Positions 24,076 to 34,016 of a stretch of DNA of 64,000 nucleotides are shown here, one piece after another; position 1 is the stretch's first letter, and every line of letters starts with the position of its first letter. Source of the DNA: Ruthenibacterium sp. Its GTDB lineage: Bacteria; Bacillota; Clostridia; Oscillospirales; Ruminococcaceae. The notes below the pieces were generated by a model that was given only the letters and a program-made list of their open reading frames with translations, ran no database searches and had not been told where the DNA came from. A program made the translations under genes and the position numbers. Where the stretch lies: NCBI GenBank assembly GCA_020025255.1, contig JAHHSK010000001.1, forward strand, positions 98 to 64,097, read 5' to 3'.

Positions 24076-25557
24076 ATGGAAACAGGATTTGACAACAGTC
24101 TTTACATCCATAAGCAGACGGAGCACATCCGCCAGCGTATTGAGCAGTGGGGCGGCAAACTTTATCTGGAATTCGGCGGAAAGCTGTTTGATGATTACCA
24201 CGCAGCCCGTGTTCTTCCGGGCTTCGATGCGAACGGCAAGATCCGGCTTCTTTATGAAATGCGGGAACAAGCCGAAATCATATTCACCATTTCGGCAGGC
24301 GATATAGAAAAAACCAAAATCCGTGCCGACCTTGGCATCAGCTATGATATGGAAGTTCTGCGCCTGATCGATGATATCACCCATATCGGCATCTGTGTGA
24401 ACAGCGTTGTGATCACGCAGTACACCGGTCAGCCTGCCGCCGACGGCTTTGCCAAGAAGCTTACGATGCGGGGCGTCAAAAACTATATTCATCGTCCGAT
24501 CAAGGGCTATCCTACCGATATCGCTCACATCTGCAGCGACGAGGGCTACGGCGCAAACCCCTATATCGAAACCACAAAGCCTCTGGTTGTTGTAACGGCA
24601 CCGGGGCCGGGCTCCGGCAAGCTTGCCACATGCCTTTCGCAGGTTTATCATGAAATGCGCCAGGGCCGTGTTGCAGGATATGCCAAATTCGAAACCTTCC
24701 CCGTTTGGAACCTGCCGCTCAAGCATCCGGTAAACCTTGCTTACGAAGCCGCCACGGCGGATCTTGCGGATGTTAATATGATCGATCCGTTCCATTTGGA
24801 GGCATACGGCATCACAACCGTCAACTACAACCGCGACGTAGAAGCGTTCCCCATTGTGCGCAACATTCTTTCCCGTCTGACAGGCGATGAGAATGTATAT
24901 CGTTCGCCCACGGATATGGGCGTAAACATGGCCGGTTTTGCCATTTCGGATGACAAGGTCGTGCGCGAAGCGGCACATCAGGAAATCATCCGCCGCTACT
25001 ACAAAACCTTGTGCGATCATAAGCAGGGCAAAAGCACCAAGGAGGCTGTGGATAAGATCCAGCGCATCATGCAGGAGCTTTCGCTTACAACCGCAGACCG
25101 CGCCGTTGTTTTGCCCGCCCTTGCAAAGAGTGAAAGCAGCGGTGTTGCCGCGGCTGCGATCCAGCTGCCCGACGGCAAGGTCGTGACCGGGAAGGCAAGC
25201 AATCTGATGAGTGCCTGCTCCTCCTGCGTTTTGAATGCGATCAAGGCCATTTCGGGAATCGACGATTCCCTTACTCTCATCAGCCCGATCATTCTGGAAC
25301 CGATCCTGAAGCTGAAAATCGATATTCTCGGCAGCCGTTCCAGCGTGCTGAAGGTGGATGACGTGCTTGCTGCCCTTTCGATTACGGCGGCAACCAATAC
25401 ACTGGCCGAACATGCCATGTCTGCCCTGCCGAAGCTGCGCGATTGCGAAATGCACAGCACCTGCATGCTGCATTCCGGCGATGAAGGCACGCTTCGTAAA
25501 ATGGGGCTGCGCCTGACGACCGAACCGGAATACCCCAGCAAGGATCTGTTCTTCTGA
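24076..25557 (+). CDS. DUF1846 (UPF0371) family protein
   Basis: KLYLEFGGKLFDDYHAARVLPGF, APGPGSGKLATCLSQ, SPTDMGVNM. Confidence 0.9.
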   Translation: METGFDNSLYIHKQTEHIRQRIEQWGGKLYLEFGGKLFDDYHAARVLPGFDANGKIRLLYEMREQAEIIFTISAGDIEKTKIRADLGISYDMEVLRLIDDITHIGICVNSVVITQYTGQPAADGFAKKLTMRGVKNYIHRPIKGYPTDIAHICSDEGYGANPYIETTKPLVVVTAPGPGSGKLATCLSQVYHEMRQGRVAGYAKFETFPVWNLPLKHPVNLAYEAATADLADVNMIDPFHLEAYGITTVNYNRDVEAFPIVRNILSRLTGDENVYRSPTDMGVNMAGFAISDDKVVREAAHQEIIRRYYKTLCDHKQGKSTKEAVDKIQRIMQELSLTTADRAVVLPALAKSESSGVAAAAIQLPDGKVVTGKASNLMSACSSCVLNAIKAISGIDDSLTLISPIILEPILKLKIDILGSRSSVLKVDDVLAALSITAATNTLAEHAMSALPKLRDCEMHSTCMLHSGDEGTLRKMGLRLTTEPEYPSKDLFF

Positions 25558-25819
25558 TTTTCCGGCCGCACGGTTCCGATTCCTGCTTTTATCCTGCCGC
25601 AGCTCTTCTTTCAGAGCTGCGGCATTTTTTTTGGCACGCATCGGAAAATGCCGCGCAGCATCCATGCCGGCTGCACATTTCTGCCGGTGCACCGGACGGC
25701 TGCATTTCTGCACCCGCTTCGCTGCGTCTGTCTGCATTTGCTGCAAACGCCCTTGATTCCGCTGACGCTCTGCGGTAAAATCAGGACAGATCATCCCGCA
25801 CGAAAAGGAGAACGACGGA

Positions 25820-26314
25820 ATGAATATCCGTATCATCGAGGTATCCGAAAAAAACGCAGAGGAAATCGCGCCTTTGACTGCCGATTTCCGCACCGCTTTG
25901 AAATCGTATAAAGGAATCATTTCCGCGCCGGACCCGGTCTCTGCGAAAGCGGAACTTTCGGAGTATCTTTCCTCCGGCTTTCCGGTGTATGCCGCTTTCG
26001 TGGAGGATCGCCCCGCAGGATATCTGGTCTGCAGGATCGAAGCACCGTGCGTTTGGGTGGAATCGCTTTTCGTGGCACAGACTTTCCGCGGCACCGGTGT
26101 GGCCGATCAGCTGCTGGAACGCGCCGAAGCGCTGGCATGTTCTTTCGGGGAGGAAACCCTTTATTTCAACGTGCACCCAAATAATCACCGGATGATTTCG
26201 TTTTTGAAACGGCACGGCTATACGGTTTTGAATCTGATCGAAATCCGCAGACCGTATTCCAATGAAACCCTGACACAGAAAATCGAAGTAGGCGCGCACC
26301 CCTTCGACTATTGA
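25820..26314 (+). CDS. GNAT family N-acetyltransferase
   Basis: LFVAQTFRGTGVA, VHPNN; AAGGAG RBS. Confidence 0.85.
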   Translation: MNIRIIEVSEKNAEEIAPLTADFRTALKSYKGIISAPDPVSAKAELSEYLSSGFPVYAAFVEDRPAGYLVCRIEAPCVWVESLFVAQTFRGTGVADQLLERAEALACSFGEETLYFNVHPNNHRMISFLKRHGYTVLNLIEIRRPYSNETLTQKIEVGAHPFDY

Positions 26315-26329
26315 ACGGAGATATTTGCC

Positions 26330-26782
26330 ATGAAGATCGAACGATACACAAAAGACCGTATTCCGGATGTTTTGCTTTTTGAGGAAACGCTGCGCAAAGA
26401 AGAACCGCACTGGGGCTGGGATATCACCGAAGAATACATCCAAAACGTAACCGCCAGCTTTGAAAGCCCCGCGTTTGCCGATTCGATTTCGCTGCTTGCC
26501 TATCAGGACGGGAAAGTAGTCGGGCGGATCGATTCTTCTTTGATCCACAGCCATTTCGACGGTTCCTGCAAAGCGTATCTGGATTGGGTCTGCGTGCTCA
26601 AAAGCTGCCGCCACCGCAAAATCGCACAGAATCTGATGCAGGCTCTGCGCGGCGAACTGCACCGGCAGGGTGTGGATACCCTGATCGGGCTGATTGACGA
26701 AGCCGAGGGCGCACAGCATTTTTACAGGGCGCTGCCCGGTGCTGTGATCCGGGACGAGGGGATCTGGATCGACATTCCCTGA
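26330..26782 (+). CDS. GNAT family N-acetyltransferase
   Basis: VLKSCRHRKIA, AQHFYRAL; GGAG RBS. Confidence 0.8.
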   Translation: MKIERYTKDRIPDVLLFEETLRKEEPHWGWDITEEYIQNVTASFESPAFADSISLLAYQDGKVVGRIDSSLIHSHFDGSCKAYLDWVCVLKSCRHRKIAQNLMQALRGELHRQGVDTLIGLIDEAEGAQHFYRALPGAVIRDEGIWIDIP

Positions 26783-26864
26783 TTTTTCTCGTTGGCGCTG
26801 CACGCAGGTGCATACTGCTCCGCCTGCAAAAAAGAATCCGAAACTCGGTGCCCCGCTGCACCGC

Positions 26865-26911
26865 CGCCCCGCTTTTGGCATTTCGGCTGAAAGCGGGGCG
26901 TTTTATTTTTT
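26865..26911 (+). terminator. Intrinsic terminator after the GNAT pair
   Basis: CGCCCCGCTTT...AAAGCGGGGCG followed by TTTTATTTTTT. Confidence 0.75.
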
Positions 26912-26981
26912 CACTGCTTTTCCTCAAAAACAATGCGTACCCATGCCCGGGGGTTCCGTTACCGAATTTCCGGCCCTCCTA

Positions 26982-27013
26982 TTGCATTATTTGCATTATA
27001 TGTTATAATGCAA
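26982..27013 (+). promoter_or_regulatory. Sigma-A promoter overlapped by a probable GntR operator
   Basis: TTGCAT (26982), 16 nt, extended TGn-TATAAT (27004); perfect inverted repeat TTGCATTATA-TGT-TATAATGCAA at 26991-27013. Confidence 0.7.
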
Positions 27014-27031
27014 ATGAAGGAAGGTAAGTAC

Positions 27032-27400
27032 ATGATATGGAAATTTGAATTTGAAAGCGAAACACCCCTGTACATGCAGGTGCGCAATCAGGTCGTCCTG
27101 TCGATTTCCAAAGGCGAGCTTGCGCCGGGCGATAAGCTTCCGACGATCCGTGCGCTTTCCGATGAAAGCGGCATCAACATGATGACGATCAGCAAGGCGT
27201 ATCAGCTTTTGAAAACCGAAGGCTATGTGCATACCGATCGAAGAAGCGGCACCGTCATTTCCCGCCGTGCCGTTCCAAGCGAACCGGATGGGGATACCAC
27301 CGCACGGCTGCGCCTGCTTTTGGCTGAAATGCGTCTGCACGGCCTGACGGATGATGCGATTTTACACATCTGCAAAGCCTGCTTAGAGGAGGAAATGTAA
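27032..27400 (+). CDS. GntR (YtrA subfamily) transcriptional regulator
   Basis: PLYMQV, GDKLPTIRALS, TISKAYQLL; short C-terminal domain. Confidence 0.9.
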   Translation: MIWKFEFESETPLYMQVRNQVVLSISKGELAPGDKLPTIRALSDESGINMMTISKAYQLLKTEGYVHTDRRSGTVISRRAVPSEPDGDTTARLRLLLAEMRLHGLTDDAILHICKACLEEEM

Positions 27401-27401
27401 T

Positions 27402-28778
27402 ATGTTTTCGATTGTTTTCTGGGGCTCTCTTTTTCTGGTCGTTCTCTGCCATTTTTTCGCACAGAAAAGCGAGGCAAAATTTCGCAAAAACATCGTGCTG
27501 GGTGTCACGCTTCCGGCACAGGCGCACGATTGCGCGGAGGTTGCCGCGCTTTTAAATGCCTTCAAACGGAAAAATAAAATTTTGTTCGGCATCCTGGGCA
27601 CCGCATGCATTGCGGGATTTTTTATTCCAGATTTATCGGTCAGCCTGATCTTTTGGGGCGTTGTATTTCTTGCGGTTCTGGCTTTTCCGCAGATACTGTT
27701 CGTCAGCTGCAACCGCAAACTCGCCGCTCTAAAGCAAGCGCGCGGATGGACTTGTGCCGATGCAAAGCAGGTACGGGTCGATCTTTCTGCCATGATCTCC
27801 TATCCGAAGCCGAAGCCGGCAGCCTATCTTTTTCCCGCATTGCTCTGCATCGTTTCCATGCTGATGCAGCCGGCTCTGTGGTGGATGCACGCTTTATTCC
27901 TGCTCACGGTTCTTTTCAGCTGCTGCGCCGCCGTTTTTCTGTACCGCAAAAAGTCCGAAACGGTCGATGCCAACACCCAGCTGACGCAGACGCTCAGCGC
28001 GCTTCGCTACCGCATGTGGAAATACATCTGGTGCATCACCGCCCTGTGCTCTGCCCTGGCAAGCCTTTCCCTTGCAGTTCTGACGCTTTCCTTTACGGTC
28101 GGCATCACGCTGATGCTCGTCAGCAGCTTTGGCTGCTGCGCCGCAGTGGTGATGATCGAACTGCACACCCGCAGAATGCAGGAAAAGCTGACCGCGGAAA
28201 GCGGCACAGAATGGTATGTGGATGAGGATGATTACTGGCTGGGCGGGCTTTTCTATTACAACCCGAACGACAGCCACATCATGGCAAACATGCGCACCGG
28301 CACAGGCAGCACCTTCAATCTTGCCACCAAAACCGGCAAGTTCGTCACGGCGGTTTCTCTCGTTCTGGCTCTGCTTATCCCTGTTTTTCTGGTTTCGCTT
28401 GCAGTGGACGAAAAAAGCGAGATCCTTCTGGATCCCCGCGGGCAGAGTGTTCTCTGTGAAAGCGGCAACACCCGCTACGAGGTTTCGTTTGATGAAATCG
28501 AACAGCTGGAACTGCTGGAAGCGATGCCCGAAGGACTGTTCCGCACCAATGCATTGGGCGGGCAGCATATTTTCAAGGGCAGCTTTGCCGGCAGCGGAAT
28601 GTCCGATTTAAAGATCATCGCTGACCCGACAGTTCCCCCGTATCTGAAAATCAAAACCGCATCCGGACGGTACTATCTGTTCGGCACACGCAATCCCGAC
28701 GAAACAAGATCTGTTTTTGCAGAGCTTTCCGTCTTGATCGCCCCGGCAGACGGCACGCGCGAAAATCCCGCCGGATAA
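27402..28778 (+). CDS. DUF5808-type multi-pass membrane protein with C-terminal PH-like domain
   Basis: LGVTLP and DEDDYWLGGLFYYNPND...G.GSTFNLA motifs; starts 1 nt after the GntR stop. Confidence 0.75.
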   Translation: MFSIVFWGSLFLVVLCHFFAQKSEAKFRKNIVLGVTLPAQAHDCAEVAALLNAFKRKNKILFGILGTACIAGFFIPDLSVSLIFWGVVFLAVLAFPQILFVSCNRKLAALKQARGWTCADAKQVRVDLSAMISYPKPKPAAYLFPALLCIVSMLMQPALWWMHALFLLTVLFSCCAAVFLYRKKSETVDANTQLTQTLSALRYRMWKYIWCITALCSALASLSLAVLTLSFTVGITLMLVSSFGCCAAVVMIELHTRRMQEKLTAESGTEWYVDEDDYWLGGLFYYNPNDSHIMANMRTGTGSTFNLATKTGKFVTAVSLVLALLIPVFLVSLAVDEKSEILLDPRGQSVLCESGNTRYEVSFDEIEQLELLEAMPEGLFRTNALGGQHIFKGSFAGSGMSDLKIIADPTVPPYLKIKTASGRYYLFGTRNPDETRSVFAELSVLIAPADGTRENPAG

Positions 28779-28859
28779 ATACGGCAAAAGGCGGCGGAGA
28801 TCCCGCTGATGCCCGGTAAGAAAGCAATTTAGAGATGATAAAAGGAGTGTCTCCATTGG

Positions 28860-28917
28860 AAAAGCACCCCGTTTGTTAGACAGTAGGATATACGATCTAA
28901 CAGATGGGGTGCTTTTT
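28860..28917. terminator. Long-stem bidirectional terminator, possibly derived from an IS end
   Basis: AAAAGCACCCCGTTTGTTAGA-N15-TCTAACAGATGGGGTGCTTTT between convergent genes. Confidence 0.7.
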
Positions 28918-28939
28918 CAAAGCTGCTTGCTCCGTTTGC

Positions 28940-29404
28940 TTAATTCACATATCTGCCCCATTCTGCAGCCAGCTTTTCCATGCTCCACGCCGCGTTGGCG
29001 GGGCTTGTGCTCGGCAGCTTCACGGCTTCGATACCGGGCTGTGCGTTATATTTTTCATACAGACGATATGCGGTTGCGCCGTTGCACAGGATCCGGCGGA
29101 TCGGTGCCCTTCGGAGCAGCCCGCGAATATCCGTCGGCACCACATCGCGGATCGTGGCATCCGATGCACCGGTAATGGTGCAGCTTTCGATCGTATCCCA
29201 AAGCGCAATCCGATGCCGCAGCAGCATATCCTTCTTTGCCGCAATGCTTTGCGGCATTTCCTCATCCAGCAGCCGCGCCATCAGCTTCCAGAAACGATTC
29301 TGCGGATGCCCGTAGAAAAAGCCCTGCTCTCGGCTTTTGGGGCTGGGCCATGTGCCGACGATCAGCACGGTGCAGCTTTCATTATAAACCGGTTCAAATG
29401 CCAT
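28940..29404 (-). CDS. DNA-deoxyinosine (hypoxanthine) glycosylase, UDG superfamily
   Basis: GTWPS.KSR, FFYGHPQNRFW, IALWD, LPSTSPANA. Confidence 0.85.
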   Translation of the reverse strand: MAFEPVYNESCTVLIVGTWPSPKSREQGFFYGHPQNRFWKLMARLLDEEMPQSIAAKKDMLLRHRIALWDTIESCTITGASDATIRDVVPTDIRGLLRRAPIRRILCNGATAYRLYEKYNAQPGIEAVKLPSTSPANAAWSMEKLAAEWGRYVN

Positions 29405-29477
29405 AGCTTTCCTTTCCGAGGCACGCTCTGCCTTGCCTGCGTTTCATCTGCGTATCGCATGGGCGGTATGCTTTTCT

Positions 29478-30155
29478 TCACGGTTCCTGCGCAGTGAAAC
29501 ATTCTTCTGCGCTGCCGAAGACGTGTGTTTCTTCCCACCGGATGCCTGCCTGCCGAACGAGCCGTGCAGCCGCTTGCTGCTTTGTACAGCCCGAATGGGA
29601 AATGCTGTACCACCCGGATGAAAGCGCAGTGATGCTCCAGCCCAAGTAGCCGTATTTTTTTACGAACTGTTCCATTTGCGCTTCGCTCATTGCTGCACAG
29701 GCGCCAAACGGCATGCTTTCCCGATGACGCACCTGATCCTCGCCATCCTTTGCCATAGGGATGCGATCCGATTGCTTTTCCCGCATACGGCAGATGAGCG
29801 AATATTCTACATATGCATAGGAGCCATCCTCAAAGATAAATTCCAGCGGAATATCATAATCTTCACAGAAATCGACCAGCGCATACATTTCCTCGGCTGT
29901 CATGCTGATCTGCCACAGTGCGCCGCCCGATGCATCGCTTGCCTGTGCACCGTTTGCAGCAATGAAATAATCCGGTTTTATTTTCTTGCCCAGCACTGCC
30001 TGTGCTGCGCTGCGCACATAGCCTGTTGCTGCAAGAATGACTGCCCCGCTGTCTGCCAGTTTTTTGCAGCAGACCGCCAGGTTCTTTTCGTGCGCAGCGT
30101 CTGCCCCCGCCGCAAGGATTTCATCGACATCGATTACCGCTGCTTTGATCCTCAT
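29478..30155 (-). CDS. Cof-type HAD hydrolase-like protein (divergent)
   Basis: AVIDVDEIL, LAATG, IAANGA, GCTK, THVFGS; several catalytic positions deviate. Confidence 0.6.
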   Translation of the reverse strand: MRIKAAVIDVDEILAAGADAAHEKNLAVCCKKLADSGAVILAATGYVRSAAQAVLGKKIKPDYFIAANGAQASDASGGALWQISMTAEEMYALVDFCEDYDIPLEFIFEDGSYAYVEYSLICRMREKQSDRIPMAKDGEDQVRHRESMPFGACAAMSEAQMEQFVKKYGYLGWSITALSSGWYSISHSGCTKQQAAARLVRQAGIRWEETHVFGSAEECFTAQEP

Positions 30156-30225
30156 GTACATTCCTCTCGTATTGGTTTTATTGTTTCATTCCCTGTGCGC
30201 CGTGCGTCTTTCTTTTTTTACGGGC

Positions 30226-31107
30226 TTATCGCAGAAAGGCAACGGCCAGATCGGTTTCCCACTCTTTTTCGGGCGGCAGTACGATCGTATCGGATTTTTC
30301 TGTCCATATGCCGCTGGCACTGCGCGCATCCGGCAAGCCATGCCACGGTTCAATGCAAAGGTAATGGATCGGCCCTTTGGCGCTCCACATCAGCACATAC
30401 GGGAAATTTTCAATATTTACCGCGATGCTGCGTCCGGTATCCTTTTCCACGATCGAAAATGTTTTGGCTTTCAGGTCGGCAAAGCACACGCTGTCATGGT
30501 CAAACATTCCATCGTGCACCGGGATATCCGTCTGGTTTTCAAAATAGGTATAGCGTTCACCCGTTACCAGTCCATCGTTTTCATCGGTGACGATCACTTG
30601 CGGGGTTTGCGGTGCATCAAAGCGCAGCACATAATCCTCCGGCTTATGCTGCGGATCAAACGGACACAGGAAGGCCGGATGATACCCAAACGAGAACGGC
30701 ATATCTTCATTTCCATCGTTTTCGACCCGAATTTCGTGGTGCAGTACATTCCCTTCCAGCCGATATGTGGAAAACAGCTTGAATGCAAACGGATAAATTT
30801 CCATAGTGCGCGCATTTGCTTCCAGGCACAGCGTAACCCGATCCGGATGCTGCTCGACCAAAGCATGTTCAAAATCCCGGGCAAAGCCATGCTGCTTTCC
30901 CTCATACATAACATCCTTATGCATAAATGTTCCGTTTTTCAGCCTGCCGCAGTACGGGAACAGGATCGGCGCATGACGCCCCCATATTTCCGGATCGGCC
31001 TGCCAAAGCATTTCCTGCCCATCTTCTTTTTTTATGATACTGTGCAGTTCTGCGCCCTTGCTGTGCACCTTGACGCGCAGCACCTCATTTTCAATTATAA
31101 ACTCCAT
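30226..31107 (-). CDS. Aldose 1-epimerase family protein (LacX-like)
   Basis: GAELHSI, WGRHAPILFP, QHGFARD, GYHPAF, LCIEPWHG; ATG 31107 after GGAGG. Confidence 0.9.
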   Translation of the reverse strand: MEFIIENEVLRVKVHSKGAELHSIIKKEDGQEMLWQADPEIWGRHAPILFPYCGRLKNGTFMHKDVMYEGKQHGFARDFEHALVEQHPDRVTLCLEANARTMEIYPFAFKLFSTYRLEGNVLHHEIRVENDGNEDMPFSFGYHPAFLCPFDPQHKPEDYVLRFDAPQTPQVIVTDENDGLVTGERYTYFENQTDIPVHDGMFDHDSVCFADLKAKTFSIVEKDTGRSIAVNIENFPYVLMWSAKGPIHYLCIEPWHGLPDARSASGIWTEKSDTIVLPPEKEWETDLAVAFLR

Positions 31108-31152
31108 AGTGTTCCTCCGTAGTTGGATGCAGCCTTTGTAAACCGGCACCGC

Positions 31153-32172
31153 TCATTCATTTTCTGCAAATGCTGCCGCAACACGCTTGAGTTTTTCGCG
31201 GATCGGCAGTTCATAAGGACAGCGTACTTCACACTTGCCGCAGCCGATGCAATCCTGCGCCTTGGCTTTCTGCGATGCATAGCGCGAACGCGCCCACTGG
31301 GAAAGATCATAATGCTTTAAGTAGTTTTCAAACAGGAACATGCTGGGAATATCGATCCCCACCGTACAGGGGGCACAATACCCGCATCTGCGGCAAAAAT
31401 CACCGGAAAGCTCTGCTCGGATCGCTTCACATTCCGCCATTTCCTCTTGAGTCAGCGGCCCGTGTATTTCCGCTGCTGCGGCATTCTGTTCAATTTCCTC
31501 CACTGTTGCCATGCCCGGAATCGCGATCGTGCAGTCCGGATTCTGAAGAATATACCGCATGGCAAGCGTTCCGTTTGTAATGTTGCCGCCCGCAAGCGGC
31601 TTCATTGCAATGATGCCGACGCCCTGCTGTGCCGCACGGTGCATCAGTTCTTCTCCCTGGCTTTCCACAATATTGTACGGGAACATGATCGTCTCCACCT
31701 GCGGATACGTCAGCAGCCGTTCAAAGCTTTCCACCGAATGAGCCGTAGCACCCAGATGCCGCACTTTCCCCGCTTTGATCGCATCCCGGATCGCTGCACC
31801 GGCTCCTTCCTCCGAAAATGCGAGTTCGAAATCGGCATCTGTTTTAATATTATGGATCTGATACAGATCGATATGATCGGTTTTCAGATCCCGAAGGCTT
31901 TGCTCAATATCCCGCGCCATATCCGCATAGGTGCGCGACATGGATTTGGTTGCCAGCACAAACTTTTCACGCAGGCCGCCCGAAAGTGCTTCGCCCAGAT
32001 AGCGTTCCGAAACGGTATAAGCTCGTGCCGTATCAATAAAGTTCACACCTGTTTCAACCAGTTTTTCCATAAGGACCCGCGTTCCTGCCGCATCGATGCG
32101 CTGAATGGGAATCCCCCCGAAGCCCACGGCAGAAACCTGCAGCCCGGTTTTCCCGAGAACTCTGTACTTCAT
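31153..32172 (-). CDS. Aldo/keto reductase with C-terminal 4Fe-4S domain
   Basis: LGKTGL.VS, IDTARAY, AMKPLAGG, CRRCGYC and CIGCGKCEVRCP. Confidence 0.92.
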   Translation of the reverse strand: MKYRVLGKTGLQVSAVGFGGIPIQRIDAAGTRVLMEKLVETGVNFIDTARAYTVSERYLGEALSGGLREKFVLATKSMSRTYADMARDIEQSLRDLKTDHIDLYQIHNIKTDADFELAFSEEGAGAAIRDAIKAGKVRHLGATAHSVESFERLLTYPQVETIMFPYNIVESQGEELMHRAAQQGVGIIAMKPLAGGNITNGTLAMRYILQNPDCTIAIPGMATVEEIEQNAAAAEIHGPLTQEEMAECEAIRAELSGDFCRRCGYCAPCTVGIDIPSMFLFENYLKHYDLSQWARSRYASQKAKAQDCIGCGKCEVRCPYELPIREKLKRVAAAFAENE

Positions 32173-32340
32173 TTTCTTCCTCCTGTTGTGTCAGCTTCAC
32201 GCTTTATTTTATTTATTATACACCTTATAAAATTTGTTGCAAATAGCATTTTTGTGGTATACTGTAATCATTGACGGATCTTATTGCGTTCATTCTAAAA
32301 AAAGGGGGGCTGGCAGAATTTCTTCTGCCTTTACATCACT

Positions 32341-33207
32341 ATGTTAAAAGAGAAAACAAACCGTACCTTTCTCGGCCTTGGTGTCGTCATTCTGCTGTTC
32401 GGGCTTTTGACTGCATATCAATTTGATCTTGCGATCGATCTTGCACTGTATAAGCCAACCTTCCTTCCTGCTGTGCTCATGGAATCCTTTGGCTGGCTCC
32501 CCCAGTATCTTCCCCTGGTTCTGCTGCTTGTGCTGCTTGCTTTGGATCCCGCTCTTTCCCGTGCGCTTCGCACCGGCTGCTGCATCCTTTCCGGCATCAG
32601 CAGCGCCCTTCTTCTTTTCGTCGGGAAATATCATCTTGCAAAACGCAATATGCCAAAGCTCACCTCTTGGCTCTGGAGCGCTTTTGTTGCCGCCGCATGT
32701 GTTTTGCTGTGCTGGCGCATGTTTTCGGCCTGCACCGGCGCACAGCGTCAAAAGCTGCGGTTTGTGCTGCGCTGGGGTACGGTGTATCTCTTGGCGGGGC
32801 TGGTTGTCATCAATCTTCTGAAAGCCATGTGGCAGCGCACCCGCTTTGATGATATGCTCATCACCGCCGGCGGGATATCGGAAGGCACCTTTGCCCTGTT
32901 CACCCGTTGGACGCAGCTGTTTGGCAATGGCGGTTCCAGCTTTCCTTCCGGCCACACAGCCGCCGCGTGCAGCGTTTTTACTCTTGCTGTTGCCTGTGAT
33001 CTTTTCCCCCGGTTGGCAAAGCACCGCACGCTTGTGTGGGGTCTGTGCTGGGCATACGTTTTGTTTATGGCCGTGTGCCGCATGATTATCGGCCGCCATT
33101 TTCTAAGCGATACGCTTATGTCCTGTACCGTGATGCTGCTTTTATATTTCGCGCTCACCAAGAACTCCAAATACCGCAATGCTGTCCGAGCGCTGAATGC
33201 TCTATGA
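32341..33207 (+). CDS. PAP2 family phosphatase (membrane)
   Basis: K-x-x-W-x-R-x-R, SFPSGH, R-x5-HFLSD motifs. Confidence 0.88.
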   Translation: MLKEKTNRTFLGLGVVILLFGLLTAYQFDLAIDLALYKPTFLPAVLMESFGWLPQYLPLVLLLVLLALDPALSRALRTGCCILSGISSALLLFVGKYHLAKRNMPKLTSWLWSAFVAAACVLLCWRMFSACTGAQRQKLRFVLRWGTVYLLAGLVVINLLKAMWQRTRFDDMLITAGGISEGTFALFTRWTQLFGNGGSSFPSGHTAAACSVFTLAVACDLFPRLAKHRTLVWGLCWAYVLFMAVCRMIIGRHFLSDTLMSCTVMLLLYFALTKNSKYRNAVRALNAL

Positions 33208-33246
33208 CGCCGCTGCAAAACAGCCCCTCGTTGAAACAATATACAC

Positions 33247-33294
33247 AAATCGGCTGCCAAAGGAAACGGAACGCTTCCTTTGGCAGCCGATTTT
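33247..33294. terminator. Bidirectional terminator
   Basis: AAATCGGCTGCCAAAGGAA...TTCCTTTGGCAGCCGATTTT. Confidence 0.75.
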
Positions 33295-33357
33295 CATAGT
33301 TTGCTTTCCGGTTGTGTGTAGATTGCTCTTACCGTTTGATTCGGCCGCAGAGCTTTT

Positions 33358-33861
33358 TTACAATTCCAACGGTTTTACTTCCAAAGAAAAATAATATTGT
33401 ATGAATCCGCGCCCTTTCCATTCTGCCCGCACCTTATAAAAGTAACGTCCCGGTGTGGAAGGTGTGCTGAAGGTACCGTCCCCTGCATCGGAAAGCTCCA
33501 GATATTCCGAAGGCTCTTCCACCGTGGAGCGCATCACAGACAGCTCCGTAGGTGCTTTGGAAAACCGGATCGTCATTTCCGCATTCGGCAGAACCTCCAC
33601 CATCTGCAGCGGTACATCTTCGATCAAAAGAAGCGGTGTTTTTTCCTGTGTCAGGAAAAAATTCCACTCCCAGCCCGCCCGGAATACTTCTTTGTTTTCT
33701 TCCAAGTGTTCATCCCCGTACTTTACGGAAATCAGCGGAAGCGCCGATTCGGGATCCTGTGTATCCAATGATTCCTTGATCAATGCCGTAACGCCTGCCG
33801 CCGCCGCTATCAGCACAACACCAATCACCAGTTTGCGAAAAAATACTTTCGGTAGCTTCAT
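33358..33861 (-). CDS. Hypothetical membrane-anchored protein
   Basis: GGGAGG RBS, N-terminal TM, beta-rich C-terminus (PGRYFYKVRAEW...YYF). Confidence 0.7.
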   Translation of the reverse strand: MKLPKVFFRKLVIGVVLIAAAAGVTALIKESLDTQDPESALPLISVKYGDEHLEENKEVFRAGWEWNFFLTQEKTPLLLIEDVPLQMVEVLPNAEMTIRFSKAPTELSVMRSTVEEPSEYLELSDAGDGTFSTPSTPGRYFYKVRAEWKGRGFIQYYFSLEVKPLEL

Positions 33862-34016
33862 ACTATGCCTCCCTGCCTGCTGCGTTATTTTCTATTGTAT
33901 CATGGGATACTGCAAAAATCCACCCGCATGATACATTCTTCCCACGCATATTTGTAATACAGACGTCTTTTTCGCCGCAAGGCACATCAGACATTTTTAT
34001 ATTGGGAGGCATACAA

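Noticed and set aside
25560..25790. Recurring CTGCA(C)ATTT(G)CTGC words in the intergenic gap
   Set aside because: Short, irregularly spaced, and with no consistent fold that I could support.
23932..26094. 720-aa minus-strand ORF
   Set aside because: Antisense to the DUF1846 and GNAT genes, which have clear motifs and RBSs.
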